DNA of 64,000 nucleotides from an uncultured bacterium. GTDB taxonomy: Bacteria; Verrucomicrobiota; Kiritimatiellia; CAIKKV01; CALHGX01. Positions 9,835-19,402 of this stretch are shown in pieces. Where the stretch lies: positions 15,787 through 79,786 of the forward strand of contig CALHGX010000008.1 of the NCBI GenBank assembly GCA_938031185.1, written 5' to 3'. A program made the position numbers and the translations under genes. The first letter of the stretch is position 1; each line of letters begins with the position of its first letter. The notes under the pieces were generated by a model. That model made no database searches, was not told the origin of the DNA, and saw only the letters and a list, made by a program, of their open reading frames with translations.

Positions 9835-9863
9835 CGCGGTAATGTGTTGAAGAATTTACCGCG
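9835..9863. promoter_or_regulatory. 8-bp perfect inverted repeat CGCGGTAA-N13-TTACCGCG, 35 nt upstream of the kinase start
   Basis: Read directly. Could be an operator or an RNA hairpin in the leader. No further support. Confidence 0.25.
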
Positions 9864-9897
9864 TTGTCCGACGCGAAGCGGGATGGAGGGGCGGCGA

Positions 9898-11799
9898 ATG
9901 AAAGCATCAGCCCGGCAGCCGGTGAAAGACCGTGAAGGGCTTTGGGCCGCGATTCTGGAGCGCGCTTTGGATCCGATTGTGCTGCTCGACGCATCGGGGA
10001 CGGTGCGCATGGCCAACCTCGCGGCATTGAGGCTGGCGGGCCTGACCGAATTGCCCCCCGACGGGGTGGCCCTCGATCCCTTTATTCACCCCGATTCCCG
10101 GGAGAGGGTTCGGCGGGATATCGAGCATGTCCTCGCAACAGGTGAAGACCTGAAGGGGGAACACCGCTTGTTGACATCGCAGGGCGACCTTTGGATGGAG
10201 GCGCTTGCGTGCCGGCTGGAGTTTGACGGGGAAACGTGGCTGTTGGTGACGTGCCGCGACGTGACGGAACGCCAGCTCGCTATGCAGGAAGGCGCCCGGC
10301 TTATGCGGGCGATCGAGCAATCCGCCGAAATCACCATGATTACCGATGCGGATGGCGCGATCGAGTACGTGAATCCGGCGTTCGAGCGGGTTACGGGCTA
10401 TTCGCGGGCTGAAGCCTTGGGGCGAAATCCGCGGTTCTTGAAGAGCGGACGGCATGACGAGCCGTTCTATCGGAAGATGTGGCAGGCCATTTCCAGTGGA
10501 AAGGTGTGGATGGGGCACTTCTTCAACAGGCGCAAGGACGGCGAGATATACGAAGAGGATGCTTCGATTTCACCGGTATTCGACGCGACGGGCCGCATCG
10601 TAAATTACGTGGCCGTCAAGCGCGATGTGACCCACGAGCGGCAGTTGGAGGCGCAGTTGCAGGACGCCCAGCGGATGGAAAGCATTGGCCGACTGGCCAG
10701 CGGCGTGGCGCACGAGTTCAAGAATTCCCTTCAAGTGATTCGTGGTTTCGCGGACCTGCTGATTGAGGAGGCGCCTGCCGGTTCGCGCCTGCGCGCCGAT
10801 GCGGAGGAAATCCGTTTGGCCACGGATCAGGCCTCGGGGATCGCCCGCCAATTACTTATGTTCGCTCGGAGCGACGCGGCGGTGTATCATCCGCTTGACA
10901 TGAACGCGCTGATCGGCGCACAGAGGGATCTGCTCAGGCCCCTGATCGGCGAGGATATCGTGTTGCGGCTTGATCTGGCGGCGGATGCCTGGCCTGCCTG
11001 CGCCAACGAGGGGCAGATCAAGCAGGTGCTGACGAATCTGGTGTTGAACGCTCGGGATGCGCTGCCGCGAGGAGGGCACCTGACGATTTCAACCGCCAAC
11101 ATTGTGTTTGCCGCCGAGGATATTCCGCCGGGCTCCGATTTGCGGGAGGGCGCATTTGTTTGCATGGCGGTGGCCGACGACGGAATCGGCTTGAGCAAGG
11201 AGGTTCGCGCGCATCTCTTCGAGCCGTTCTACACGACCAAGGCGCTGGCCCGGGGCTCCGGCCTGGGGTTGTCCGTGACTTACGGTATTGTGCGGCAGCA
11301 CGGGGGGTGGATCAACGTGTACTCCGAGGTGGATTGCGGGTCGGTTTTCAAGGTGTATCTGCCGGCGCTACCCACGGAAGAGCAACTGGCATGCTGGCGA
11401 GCGGCGCAGAAAACACCGACCGTGCGGGCGCGTGTGCTGCTGGTGGAGGACGAAGACAGTTTGCGGGCGCTGGCAGGGCGCACCATGCGTCAAAGCGGTT
11501 GCGATGTGGAGGAAGCGGCGACGATGGAAGAGGCGTGGCGGTTGAGTTGCCGCGACATGGATCGTTTCGACGCGGTGGTGGTTGATCTCATTCTGCCAGA
11601 CGGCAACGGCGCGGAACTGGTCGAGCGGATGCGGGGGTATCGGCCCAAACTGCCGATTCTGGTGACCACCGGCTACACCGACGCCGAAAGCCGGTATCCT
11701 GCGCTGCGCTCGGCACAATGCCGGATGTTGTTCAAGCCATATCCGGTGTGGACGCTAGTTCAGGCGCTGGCGGAAGAAATCGGGTGCGGGCCCCAATAG
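9898..11799 (+). CDS. PAS/PAC-PAS/PAC hybrid sensor histidine kinase with C-terminal receiver domain
   Basis: Two PAS/PAC modules ending ...CRDVTERQ and ...KRDVTHERQLE. H-box SGVAHEFKNSLQVI. ATPase boxes LVLNARDA, DDGIGL and GSGLGLS. Receiver RVLLVEDEDS...VVVDLILPDGNG...FKP. The ATG at 9898 is preceded by GGAGG. The upstream part of ORF 9670.. is Arg/Trp-rich nonsense. Confidence 0.8.
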   Translation: MKASARQPVKDREGLWAAILERALDPIVLLDASGTVRMANLAALRLAGLTELPPDGVALDPFIHPDSRERVRRDIEHVLATGEDLKGEHRLLTSQGDLWMEALACRLEFDGETWLLVTCRDVTERQLAMQEGARLMRAIEQSAEITMITDADGAIEYVNPAFERVTGYSRAEALGRNPRFLKSGRHDEPFYRKMWQAISSGKVWMGHFFNRRKDGEIYEEDASISPVFDATGRIVNYVAVKRDVTHERQLEAQLQDAQRMESIGRLASGVAHEFKNSLQVIRGFADLLIEEAPAGSRLRADAEEIRLATDQASGIARQLLMFARSDAAVYHPLDMNALIGAQRDLLRPLIGEDIVLRLDLAADAWPACANEGQIKQVLTNLVLNARDALPRGGHLTISTANIVFAAEDIPPGSDLREGAFVCMAVADDGIGLSKEVRAHLFEPFYTTKALARGSGLGLSVTYGIVRQHGGWINVYSEVDCGSVFKVYLPALPTEEQLACWRAAQKTPTVRARVLLVEDEDSLRALAGRTMRQSGCDVEEAATMEEAWRLSCRDMDRFDAVVVDLILPDGNGAELVERMRGYRPKLPILVTTGYTDAESRYPALRSAQCRMLFKPYPVWTLVQALAEEIGCGPQ

Positions 11800-11955
11800 A
11801 CCGAACCGTTATCAGGATGCTCTGATTCGGCCCCGCTGGGGTCGCCGGTTCTGATCTTCATGTTGCCGGTTTTGGGCGACGCGTGGCCTGGCCTTACGCA
11901 GAGGCCAATTGCACCGGGTACGATACGCTGCGGCATTCGGTGGCTGAACTTGGGG

Positions 11956-12168
11956 TCAGGGATGGAAAGCGGCCGGAGGGGTTTGGGGAGCGGAGTCGGC
12001 TCGTTGGGCGCGCCATCCATGGCGCACGACCAAGCCAAGAATGAGCAGGAAAAGAACCCCCAAGACAAGGCGACGCTCGGACGGGGTGAGGTCGAAACAA
12101 GACGCGACGCACGCCCGGCCCCAGCGGAAAAAGCTGGGGCTACTACTCTTCGCGGGATCTGCGTTCAT
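11956..12168 (-). CDS. possible small membrane protein (70 aa), function unknown
   Basis: The ATG overlaps the leuS stop as ATGA (12165-12168). One hydrophobic helix, [15 protein letters not shown]. No recognisable family; could be non-coding. Confidence 0.3.
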   Translation of the reverse strand: MNADPAKSSSPSFFRWGRACVASCFDLTPSERRLVLGVLFLLILGLVVRHGWRAQRADSAPQTPPAAFHP

Positions 12169-14672
12169 CCGACTACGATATTGACCAGTTTGCCTGGCAC
12201 CACAATGATCTTGCGCACTGTCTGCCCCTCGATTTGGCGTTGAACGGCCTTGTCTGAGAGGGCCAGCGCTTCCACTTGCTCTCTTGGAGCCTCTGCAGGC
12301 GCCTGAATGTGCCCGCGAACTTTGCCGTTGACCTGAACGACGAGTTCAACAATATCGCTGGCCAGTGCCGCTTCGTTTACTTCCGGCCACGCGGCATGCA
12401 GGACGGTATCCTCGTGTCCCAATTCTCTCCAGAGCTCTTCCACAATATGCGGCGTGAAAGGCGAGAGCAACACGAGCATGGATTCCATGGCTTCACGGTA
12501 CACGGCCTTTGCCTGGGTGGATGAGCTTGGTGTCGGCGGGCACTCGTCCATTGCATTGAGCAGCTCCATGATGCCGGCGACGGCGGTGTTGAAATGGAAG
12601 TCGCCCTCCATGTCGCGGGTGACCTGCTGGATGGTCTCGTGCAGTTTACGGTACAACTGGCGTTCGGGGGGGAGCATCGCGGCCAAGTCACACCGCAAGT
12701 CCCGCGCATCGAGCAACGCCTGGCGATGCTCATAGACCCGCCGCCAAAGGCGCTTGAGAAATCGGAAGGCGCCTTCTATGCCCTGATCGCTCCACTCGGC
12801 ATCGCGCTCGGGCGGCCCGATGAAAAGCGTGTAGAGACGAACGGTATCCGCCCCGTACTCCCGGATCAGGTCGTCGGGGGAAACCACGTTACCCTTCGAC
12901 TTGGACATCTTGTGGAGCTGTCCATCTTTTTCGCTGCGTTTGCAGATCATGCCCTGCGTAAAGAGGGCGCGGAAAGGCTCGGGGAAGGACACATCCCCGG
13001 CGTCGTAGAGCACCTTGACGATGAAACGCGAGTAGAGCAGGTGCAGCACGGCGTGCTCGACGCCGCCGATGTACTGGTCCACCGGAAGCCATCCGTTGAC
13101 GTCTTCCTTGCGGAACGGCGCGTCAGTGAGACGGGGATTCACGTACCGCAGGAAATACCAGCAGGAGCACAGCCACTGGGCCAGCGTGTCGGTCTCCCGG
13201 CGTGCGGGCCATCCGCAAACCGGGCAGGCGGTTCGTAGAAAGCCTTCGTGCGCCTCCAACGGATTGCCGCGCTCCAAGCGGAAGTCCACATCGTCCGGCA
13301 GGCGGACGGGCAGGTCTTTCTCGGGCACCGGGACGGCGCCGCAGGCGTCGCAATGCACGATGGGGATGGGCGCACCCCAGTAGCGCTGGCGGCTGATGAG
13401 CCAGTCCCGGATGCGGTAGTGAACGACGAAGTCGCCGAAGCCTTTGTCCTTGGCGTGCTGCGTGATGTCTCGAATGGCTTGGCGGTTGGGGCGGCCGTCA
13501 AATGGACCTGAGTTGACGAGGAGGCCATCGTCCTCGTAGGCGGCGTTCATGGTATCAGGGGCTAGCGATTTGTCCGGTGGTTGGATTACCACTTTTACGG
13601 GCAGGCCGTAGGCGCGGGCGAATTCGAAATCGCGCTGATCGTGGGCGGGAACGGCCATGACCGCGCCGGTGCCGTATTCCATGAGAACGTAGTTCGTGAC
13701 CCAGAGCGGCACGGTTTCGCCGGTGAACGGGTTTCGGACGTGAAGACCGGAAAACACACCCTCCTTGCGCGTGGTTTCCGCCAGTCGTTCAGCAGCCGGG
13801 ATGAGCCGTTGACGTTCCACGAAGGCGCGCACGGCCTCCGCGTGGGGGCCGCGCAGCAAACGCTGCTCCACGAGCGGATGTTCCGGCGAAAGGGCCATGA
13901 AGGTGACTCCGAAGACCGTGTCGGGGCGGGTGGTGAACACTGGACAGGGCTCGCCTGTTTCCGCGACGGTGAAGTCCAGGCGCGCGCCGTCTGACCGTCC
14001 GATCCAGTTCGCCTGCATTGCGCGCACTTTTTCCGGCCACTGATCGAGCATGGCCAGATCGTCGAGGAGACGCTGGGCATACTCCGTGATGCGGAAGAAC
14101 CATTGTTTCAGTTGCCGCTTGGCGACCTTTCGTCCGCAGCGTTCGCAGGTGCCATCGGCGAGCACCTCCTCATTGGCGAGCGTGGTGCAGAACTCGCACC
14201 AGTTGACGGGCGCGGTTTTCTGATAGGCGAGGCCGCGGTGAAACAGACGCAGGAAAATCCACTGCGTCCAGCGATAGTACTCCGGGTGGCAGGTGGCGAT
14301 TTCGCGATCCCAGTCATACGCCACGCCCCAGGACTGCAACTGGCGTTTCATCTGACGGATGTTGCCAAGCGTCCAGTCCTTGGGATGAATCTGCCGCGCT
14401 TTGGCGGCGTTCTCGGCCGGCAGGCCGAAGGCGTCCCAGCCCATCGGCGATAGCACGCGGCAACCGCGCAGCAGCTTGTAGCGGGTGACGGCGTCTCCGA
14501 TGATGTAATTCCGCCCGTGTCCGACGTGCATGGCGCCGGACGGGTAGGGGAACATCGTCAGGCAGTAGTATTTGTTTTCGTGGCGGCTGGTGTCCACGCG
14601 GAACAAGCCGTGTTCCGCCCAGTAGGCCTGCCACTTCGGCTCGATCGTTTCGAAAGGGTAGCGCTCATTCAT
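12165..14672 (-). CDS. leuS: leucine--tRNA ligase
   Basis: [22 protein letters not shown]-terminus. HIGH-type [14 protein letters not shown] ([10 protein letters not shown]). 835 aa from the internal ATG at 14672. Confidence 0.95.
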   Translation of the reverse strand: MNERYPFETIEPKWQAYWAEHGLFRVDTSRHENKYYCLTMFPYPSGAMHVGHGRNYIIGDAVTRYKLLRGCRVLSPMGWDAFGLPAENAAKARQIHPKDWTLGNIRQMKRQLQSWGVAYDWDREIATCHPEYYRWTQWIFLRLFHRGLAYQKTAPVNWCEFCTTLANEEVLADGTCERCGRKVAKRQLKQWFFRITEYAQRLLDDLAMLDQWPEKVRAMQANWIGRSDGARLDFTVAETGEPCPVFTTRPDTVFGVTFMALSPEHPLVEQRLLRGPHAEAVRAFVERQRLIPAAERLAETTRKEGVFSGLHVRNPFTGETVPLWVTNYVLMEYGTGAVMAVPAHDQRDFEFARAYGLPVKVVIQPPDKSLAPDTMNAAYEDDGLLVNSGPFDGRPNRQAIRDITQHAKDKGFGDFVVHYRIRDWLISRQRYWGAPIPIVHCDACGAVPVPEKDLPVRLPDDVDFRLERGNPLEAHEGFLRTACPVCGWPARRETDTLAQWLCSCWYFLRYVNPRLTDAPFRKEDVNGWLPVDQYIGGVEHAVLHLLYSRFIVKVLYDAGDVSFPEPFRALFTQGMICKRSEKDGQLHKMSKSKGNVVSPDDLIREYGADTVRLYTLFIGPPERDAEWSDQGIEGAFRFLKRLWRRVYEHRQALLDARDLRCDLAAMLPPERQLYRKLHETIQQVTRDMEGDFHFNTAVAGIMELLNAMDECPPTPSSSTQAKAVYREAMESMLVLLSPFTPHIVEELWRELGHEDTVLHAAWPEVNEAALASDIVELVVQVNGKVRGHIQAPAEAPREQVEALALSDKAVQRQIEGQTVRKIIVVPGKLVNIVVG

Positions 14673-14739
14673 GGCGACCATTAGCGCACGCTGCGGGATG
14701 CGCGTCAAGGCCAAGCAACGGCGAACCGCGCGAGCGGGT

Positions 14740-16113
14740 TCAGAGCGGCGGTGGCTTCGGCAGTCCCTCCAGGCTCTTCAGGGAGGCCTCCAGTTCGTTT
14801 TGCGGCAGGCTGTAGTCGGTCAACTTGCCGTCAAAGTACGATTGATAGCCGCTTAAGTCCATCAACCCGTGACCGGACCAATTCATGGCGATGACGCGCT
14901 CCTTGCCCTCCTCCTTGGCCCGCTGGGCTTCCTGAATGGCCACGGCGATGGCGTGAGAGGTTTCCGGCGCCGGAATGAAGCCCTCCGTCTGTGCCCAGAG
15001 CACGGCGGCCTTGTAGCACTCGAGCTGCTGGACAGCCTTGGCTTCGATCAATCCTTCGCGGAGCACATGGCTAACGAGGGGGGCCATGCCGTGATAGCGC
15101 AGGCCGCCGGCATGAATGGGGGCGGGCACAAATGCGTGGCCGAGGCTGTGCATCGGCAGCAGCGGCGTCATCATGGCGACGTCCCCGGAATCGTAGACAA
15201 ACGGTCCGCGGGTCATTTTGGGGCAGGCGGCGGGCTCGACGGCGATGACCCGCGGATTGGTTTTGCCGGCGATCTTGTCGGCCAGGAACGGGAAACTCAT
15301 GCCGGCGAAATTCGAGCCGCCGCCGGCGCAGCCGATGACCACGTCTGGGTAAAGGCCGATTTTTGCGAACTGCTTCTTGGCCTCGAGACCGATGATGGTC
15401 TGGTGCAGCAACACGTGGTTCAAGACGCTGCCGAGAGCGTATCGGGTGCCCTTGGAGGTGACGGCGTCCTCGATGGCTTCGCTGATGGCGATGGCCAGAC
15501 TGCCTGGCGTGTCCGGCGTCTTTTCGAGGATGGCGCGGCCGGCCTGCGTATCGCGGCTCGGGCTGGCGACGCACTGGGCGCCCCAGGTCTGCATCATGAT
15601 CTTGCGGAACGGTTTTTGGTCGAAACTGATGCGGACCATATAGACCTTGCACTCAAGCCCCATCAGCTTGCAACCCATCGCGAGCGCGCTACCCCACTGT
15701 CCGGCGCCGGTTTCGGTCGAAAGACGCTTGATGCCGAAGGCTTTGTTGTAATAGGCCTGCGCGACGGCGGTGTTTGGCTTGTGGCTGCCCGGCGCGGAGA
15801 CGCCTTCGTTCTTGTAATAGATGCGGGCGGGTGTGCCGAGGGCCTGTTCAAGACGACGCGCGCGGCAAAGTGGGCTTGGTCGCCAGAGCCAGAGCACCTG
15901 AAGGACTTCGTCGGGGATGTCAATCCACCGTTGAGTGCTGACCTCCTGCTCGATCAGATTCATGGGGAAAACCGGCGCCAGCATGTCGGGCGTGACCGGC
16001 TTGCCGTCGGGCGTGACGGGGGGCGGCATGGGGTGGGGGAGGTCGGCCTGGATGTTGTACCACTGCCGCGGCATCTCGTCTTCGCTCAGAAACACCTTGA
16101 TGTGCTCGCTCAT
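14740..16113 (-). CDS. trpB: TrpB2-type tryptophan synthase beta-like PLP enzyme
   Basis: [27 protein letters not shown]-terminus and 457-aa length are typical of the TrpB2 clade. PLP-fold GGGSNFAG motif. The ATG at 16113 is preceded by AGGGGGA 7-8 nt upstream. Confidence 0.85.
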   Translation of the reverse strand: MSEHIKVFLSEDEMPRQWYNIQADLPHPMPPPVTPDGKPVTPDMLAPVFPMNLIEQEVSTQRWIDIPDEVLQVLWLWRPSPLCRARRLEQALGTPARIYYKNEGVSAPGSHKPNTAVAQAYYNKAFGIKRLSTETGAGQWGSALAMGCKLMGLECKVYMVRISFDQKPFRKIMMQTWGAQCVASPSRDTQAGRAILEKTPDTPGSLAIAISEAIEDAVTSKGTRYALGSVLNHVLLHQTIIGLEAKKQFAKIGLYPDVVIGCAGGGSNFAGMSFPFLADKIAGKTNPRVIAVEPAACPKMTRGPFVYDSGDVAMMTPLLPMHSLGHAFVPAPIHAGGLRYHGMAPLVSHVLREGLIEAKAVQQLECYKAAVLWAQTEGFIPAPETSHAIAVAIQEAQRAKEEGKERVIAMNWSGHGLMDLSGYQSYFDGKLTDYSLPQNELEASLKSLEGLPKPPPL

Positions 16114-16236
16114 GTTGGCTTCCCCCTTTTTTGCCGCCGATGACCCGGCGCATGCTGTTTCTATGCGCAAAAACAGGCTGATTATGGACAAAGCCGGCCA
16201 TCTATCAAGCATGGAATCGGCCGGGCCTCGGGCGCC

Positions 16237-17403
16237 TTATTGGGCGACGGGGCCGACGAAGCGGTTGGCGGCCCACTGCCCCTCGACCTGGTCGCCGCCG
16301 ACCCATTTGTAGGCGCCAAGCCCGTGCATGCGGTCGGCCTTCCATTCGCCTTCGTAGCGGTCGCCGTTGGCGAAGACATAGGAACCCCGCCCGGAAAGCA
16401 GGCGGCCCTTGCGCCATTCGCCCTCGATGCGATCGCCGTTCGCCCAAGTGTAGATGCCGGCCCCGTGCATGCGGTTGGCCCTCCATTGGCCTTCGTAGCG
16501 GTCGCCGTTGGCGAAGACGTAGACCCCGTTCCCGTCCCGGCGGTCGGCCTTCCATTCGCCTTCATAGCGATCCCCATTGCCGTACGTCTGTGCACCGCGC
16601 CCATCCCGCCGCCAGCCCAGCCATTCGCCCTCATACCGTCCTTCGCTCGGATGTTGATAGGTGCCGGTGTGCCTTTGGCCGCGCTGGGGAGCCATGCCCA
16701 CATAGCGACTGTCGTCCGCGAAATCCTTCCTCAGCACCTCGTCTTCCGGTTTGGCATCATCACGCCGGGCCTCACGCTTGAGCGTGGCGGTGATGGCCGC
16801 CACAGCGCGCTCGGCGTTGCGGCTCTGCGCCAGTTCGAGCGCGGTTTCTCCGCGCGCGTTGACGGCTGTGACGGAGGCGCCGCGACGAAGCAGCACATGG
16901 ACGGTCTCCTCGTCATTATGGTAGGCGGCCCAGTGCAGGGGCGTGAAACCGTTGGCGCCCGCCACGTCGGGCCGCGCGCCGCGCTTGAGCAGCAGTTCCA
17001 CCAGGGCGGCATTGGTGTGGTAGGCGGCCCAGTGCAGCGGCACGGTGCCGCGCGTGGTAGCCACGTTCGGGTCCGCTCCCGCGGCAAGCAGCAGGCGCGC
17101 CATGTTGGGCAGGTTTCGCTGGGTCGCGTAGAAAAGCGGCGTGGCGTTGTTAGTGTCGCCTGCGTTGACGTCGGCGCCCGCCTTCACAAGGCGCCGCACG
17201 ATGCCTTCGGTATTGCGCAAGACGGCCGCATGCAATGCCGTGCTGCCGTCCGGCTCGCGCTCCGCCAGGGCGGCCTTGTCCTTGGCGGACAGCAATTCGC
17301 GGACAGCCGGCTCGTCGTCATTGCGGACGGCTTCGATCAGGGAACCCGCCCGGGCGGCGGATCCCGCAAGGGCCAACAGACACACGGCACGCAAGAGCCT
17401 CAT
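16237..17403 (-). CDS. secreted ankyrin-repeat + MORN-repeat protein
   Basis: Signal-like MRLLRAVCLLALAGSAARA. About 4-5 ankyrin repeats (GSTALHAAV..., ATPLFYA..., TVPLHWAA..., FTPLHWAA..., ETALELA). Then 5.5 MORN repeats (YEGEWKADRRDGNGVYVFANGDR consensus). Confidence 0.85.
   Translation of the reverse strand: MRLLRAVCLLALAGSAARAGSLIEAVRNDDEPAVRELLSAKDKAALAEREPDGSTALHAAVLRNTEGIVRRLVKAGADVNAGDTNNATPLFYATQRNLPNMARLLLAAGADPNVATTRGTVPLHWAAYHTNAALVELLLKRGARPDVAGANGFTPLHWAAYHNDEETVHVLLRRGASVTAVNARGETALELAQSRNAERAVAAITATLKREARRDDAKPEDEVLRKDFADDSRYVGMAPQRGQRHTGTYQHPSEGRYEGEWLGWRRDGRGAQTYGNGDRYEGEWKADRRDGNGVYVFANGDRYEGQWRANRMHGAGIYTWANGDRIEGEWRKGRLLSGRGSYVFANGDRYEGEWKADRMHGLGAYKWVGGDQVEGQWAANRFVGPVAQ
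16252..16635 (-). repeat. tandem repeat array of about 69 bp encoding the MORN repeats (5.5 units)
   Basis: aa 257-384 of the ankyrin/MORN CDS. DNA stretches such as ccttcgtagcggtcgccgttggcgaagac recur (near 16350 and 16488). Confidence 0.8.
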
Positions 17404-17506
17404 GGGTCACCTCGTATTCGCGGTTGCATCGAACGCGCGTGGGTTCAGAATAGGTGGGGCGGGCGGCCGATTCAATTCCGATCTTGCATTCAACGCCGGG
17501 ATGGCG

Positions 17507-17536
17507 TTGACGGCCGCCGTCCGTCAGGGCTAGAGT
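17507..17536 (+). promoter_or_regulatory. candidate sigma70-type promoter (TTGACG-18 nt-TAGAGT) upstream of the FGE-like gene
   Basis: Hexamers read directly. Followed by RBS GGGAGGAGG at 17556-17564. Consensus matching only. Confidence 0.25.
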
Positions 17537-17569
17537 GGCGGCCCACGTGCGAGGTGGGAGGAGGCCCGA

Positions 17570-18385
17570 ATGAAGCGTTGGAAGGCGGTTCAACTGGCGG
17601 TGTGCGCGGGGGTCGCTGTGGGCGCGGGGCTGGCGGCGGCGCAACAGGCACTCGAGGCCAGAACGCTCGATCTTGGCGGCGGCGTGAGCATGGAATTGAT
17701 TCAAGTGCCTGCAGGCGTTTTCCGTATGGGCTCCGACCAGGGGCGGCCGGACGAAAAGCCGGCGCGCGATGTGACCGTGGATCGCCCCTTTTGGTTGGGG
17801 CGAACCGAGGTCACTCAGGCGCAGTGGCGAGAGATCATGGGCACGAATCCGGCCCGAAGCACGTTGCTGGGGCCTGAAGCGCCGGTGGAAACCGTCAACC
17901 GCAGGGACTGCGAAGCGTTCCTTGCCCGCCTGCAGGACCGGATCGACGCGGGGCAGCCGACGGTTCGATTGATGTTCCGGCTGCCGACCGAAGCGGAATG
18001 GGAATATGCTTGCCGGGCCGGCAGTCGGGAAGAATACTCGTTTGGAGCGGATGCGGCGTTGCTGACGAATTACGCCTGGTGCGCGGAGAATTCAGAAGGA
18101 ACGCCAAGGCCGGTTGGCGGGCTGCGACCGAATGCCTGGGGTTTTTTCGACATGCACGGCAACGTGTGGGAATGGTGCGCGGATGACTATGGAGCCTATC
18201 CTGGCGCACCGCCGCTTCCGAAGCCGCAGCCGGAAACCGACACGCGGACCAAGGGAGTGTTGCGGGGCGGAGCCTACAGCTTGTATGCGCTCTTCTGCCG
18301 CGCGGCGGTGCGTCTGCCTGCCGACCCGGAATACGCGGGGGTCAATTTCGGGTTGCGCGTAGCGGCGGATGCCGTGGCCGAGTGA
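17570..18385 (+). CDS. formylglycine-generating-enzyme (SUMF1/FGE-sulfatase) domain protein, secreted
   Basis: Signal-like N-terminus. Motifs FRMGSD, RLPTEAEWEYACRAGS, NAWGFFDMHGNVWEWCADDY and LRGGAY. Confidence 0.8.
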   Translation: MKRWKAVQLAVCAGVAVGAGLAAAQQALEARTLDLGGGVSMELIQVPAGVFRMGSDQGRPDEKPARDVTVDRPFWLGRTEVTQAQWREIMGTNPARSTLLGPEAPVETVNRRDCEAFLARLQDRIDAGQPTVRLMFRLPTEAEWEYACRAGSREEYSFGADAALLTNYAWCAENSEGTPRPVGGLRPNAWGFFDMHGNVWEWCADDYGAYPGAPPLPKPQPETDTRTKGVLRGGAYSLYALFCRAAVRLPADPEYAGVNFGLRVAADAVAE

Positions 18386-18403
18386 CCTGCCGGGGATCGC
18401 CGA

Positions 18404-19402
18404 ATGACCGAACCCAAGCCGCATCCCGTCAAGGCCTTCGTGTTGCTTTCTGGCGGGTTGGACAGCCAGTTGGCTGTTTGCCTGCTCAAAGAGCAGGGCC
18501 TTGATGTGACGGGCGTTTCGTTTGAAAGCCCTTTCTTTGATGCGGCCAATGCCCGCCGTGCCGCTGAACGGTTGCATGTGGCGTTGGATGTCTTGGATTT
18601 TACCGCGGATATCCTCGGTCTGTTGAAAGCGCCACGCCACGGCTTCGGGGCGTGCTTGAATCCGTGCATTGACTGCCACATTGCGATGGTGCGACGGGCC
18701 GGCGAATGGTGCGCGAGCCGCGGCGGTCATTTCGTCGCCACGGGCGAGGTGCTCAATCAACGCCCGATGTCTCAAAACCGCCGGGCCTTGGAAACGGTGG
18801 CGCGCGAGTCCGGACTGGCGGATCGGCTGCTGCGGCCGCTCAGCGCTGGTTTGCTGCCCGAGACGGAGCCGGAACGTTTGGGCTGGGTGGATCGCACGCG
18901 GCTGCTGTCCCTCTACGGACGAAGCCGCCGGGCGCAACTGGAGCTGGCGGCGCGGTACGGCTTGACCGACTATCCGACACCGGCTGGGGGCTGTCGGCTA
19001 ACGGAACCTCACTTCGCGGCACGATTGAAGGATCTTCGAGCCCATGAAGGCCTGGAGGATCTGCGCGCGATTCGGCTTTTACGGGTTGGCCGACATTTCC
19101 GGCTGGCGCCTCAGGTCAAGTTGATCGTCGGACGCAATCAGCGCGACAACGAAATGCTGATGAGCCTGAGCCGGCCGGATGAGATTCTTCTCCGGGCGAT
19201 CGGCGTGACGGGCCCAACGGGCTGGTTGCCGGGTCATGCCACTCCGGACGAAATGCGGAGGGGGGCCTGCATTTGTGTTCGCTACAGCGATGCACCTGCG
19301 GGAGAGGCAGTGGACGTTGAGGTGCGCCAAGGCGATCGAATTTGGCGGGAAAAGGCGTCGGCGGCCCCGGATGATGAGATTGAAGGACACCGGGTGCGCT
19401 AG
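18404..19402 (+). CDS. PP-loop ATP pyrophosphatase of the ThiI/MnmA sulfurtransferase type, without a THUMP domain
   Basis: SGGLDS PP-loop at aa 16-21. NPCIDCH. ATGEVLNQRPMSQNRRAL...LLRPL resembles the ThiI core TGESLGQVASQT...RPL. A C-terminal extension of about 130 aa is unassigned. Confidence 0.65.
   Translation: MTEPKPHPVKAFVLLSGGLDSQLAVCLLKEQGLDVTGVSFESPFFDAANARRAAERLHVALDVLDFTADILGLLKAPRHGFGACLNPCIDCHIAMVRRAGEWCASRGGHFVATGEVLNQRPMSQNRRALETVARESGLADRLLRPLSAGLLPETEPERLGWVDRTRLLSLYGRSRRAQLELAARYGLTDYPTPAGGCRLTEPHFAARLKDLRAHEGLEDLRAIRLLRVGRHFRLAPQVKLIVGRNQRDNEMLMSLSRPDEILLRAIGVTGPTGWLPGHATPDEMRRGACICVRYSDAPAGEAVDVEVRQGDRIWREKASAAPDDEIEGHRVR

Noticed and set aside
10420-10449. LOV-like motif GRNPRFLKSG in the second PAS domain of the histidine kinase
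   Set aside because: The photoactive Cys of GRNCRFLQG is replaced by Pro. The G-x-NPR-x-LKSG variant is a very common non-photosensory PAS type, so there is no basis for calling a blue-light receptor.
16114-16212. Two mutually exclusive 6-bp hairpins (CTGTTT/AAACAG and GCGCAT/ATGCGC) and an in-frame upstream ATG (MLDRW...) ahead of trpB2: possible Trp attenuator
   Set aside because: The upstream ATG is in frame with trpB2 with no stop, so it is not a separate leader peptide. It has only one Trp codon, there is no U-tract terminator, and 6-bp stems are expected by chance. The strong RBS supports the 16113 start.
14869-17877. 424-aa (14869..16143) and 545-aa (16240..17877) + strand ORFs
   Set aside because: Antisense to trpB2 and to the ankyrin/MORN gene. 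Gly/Arg/Ala-rich low-complexity translations. The sense genes have clear family motifs.
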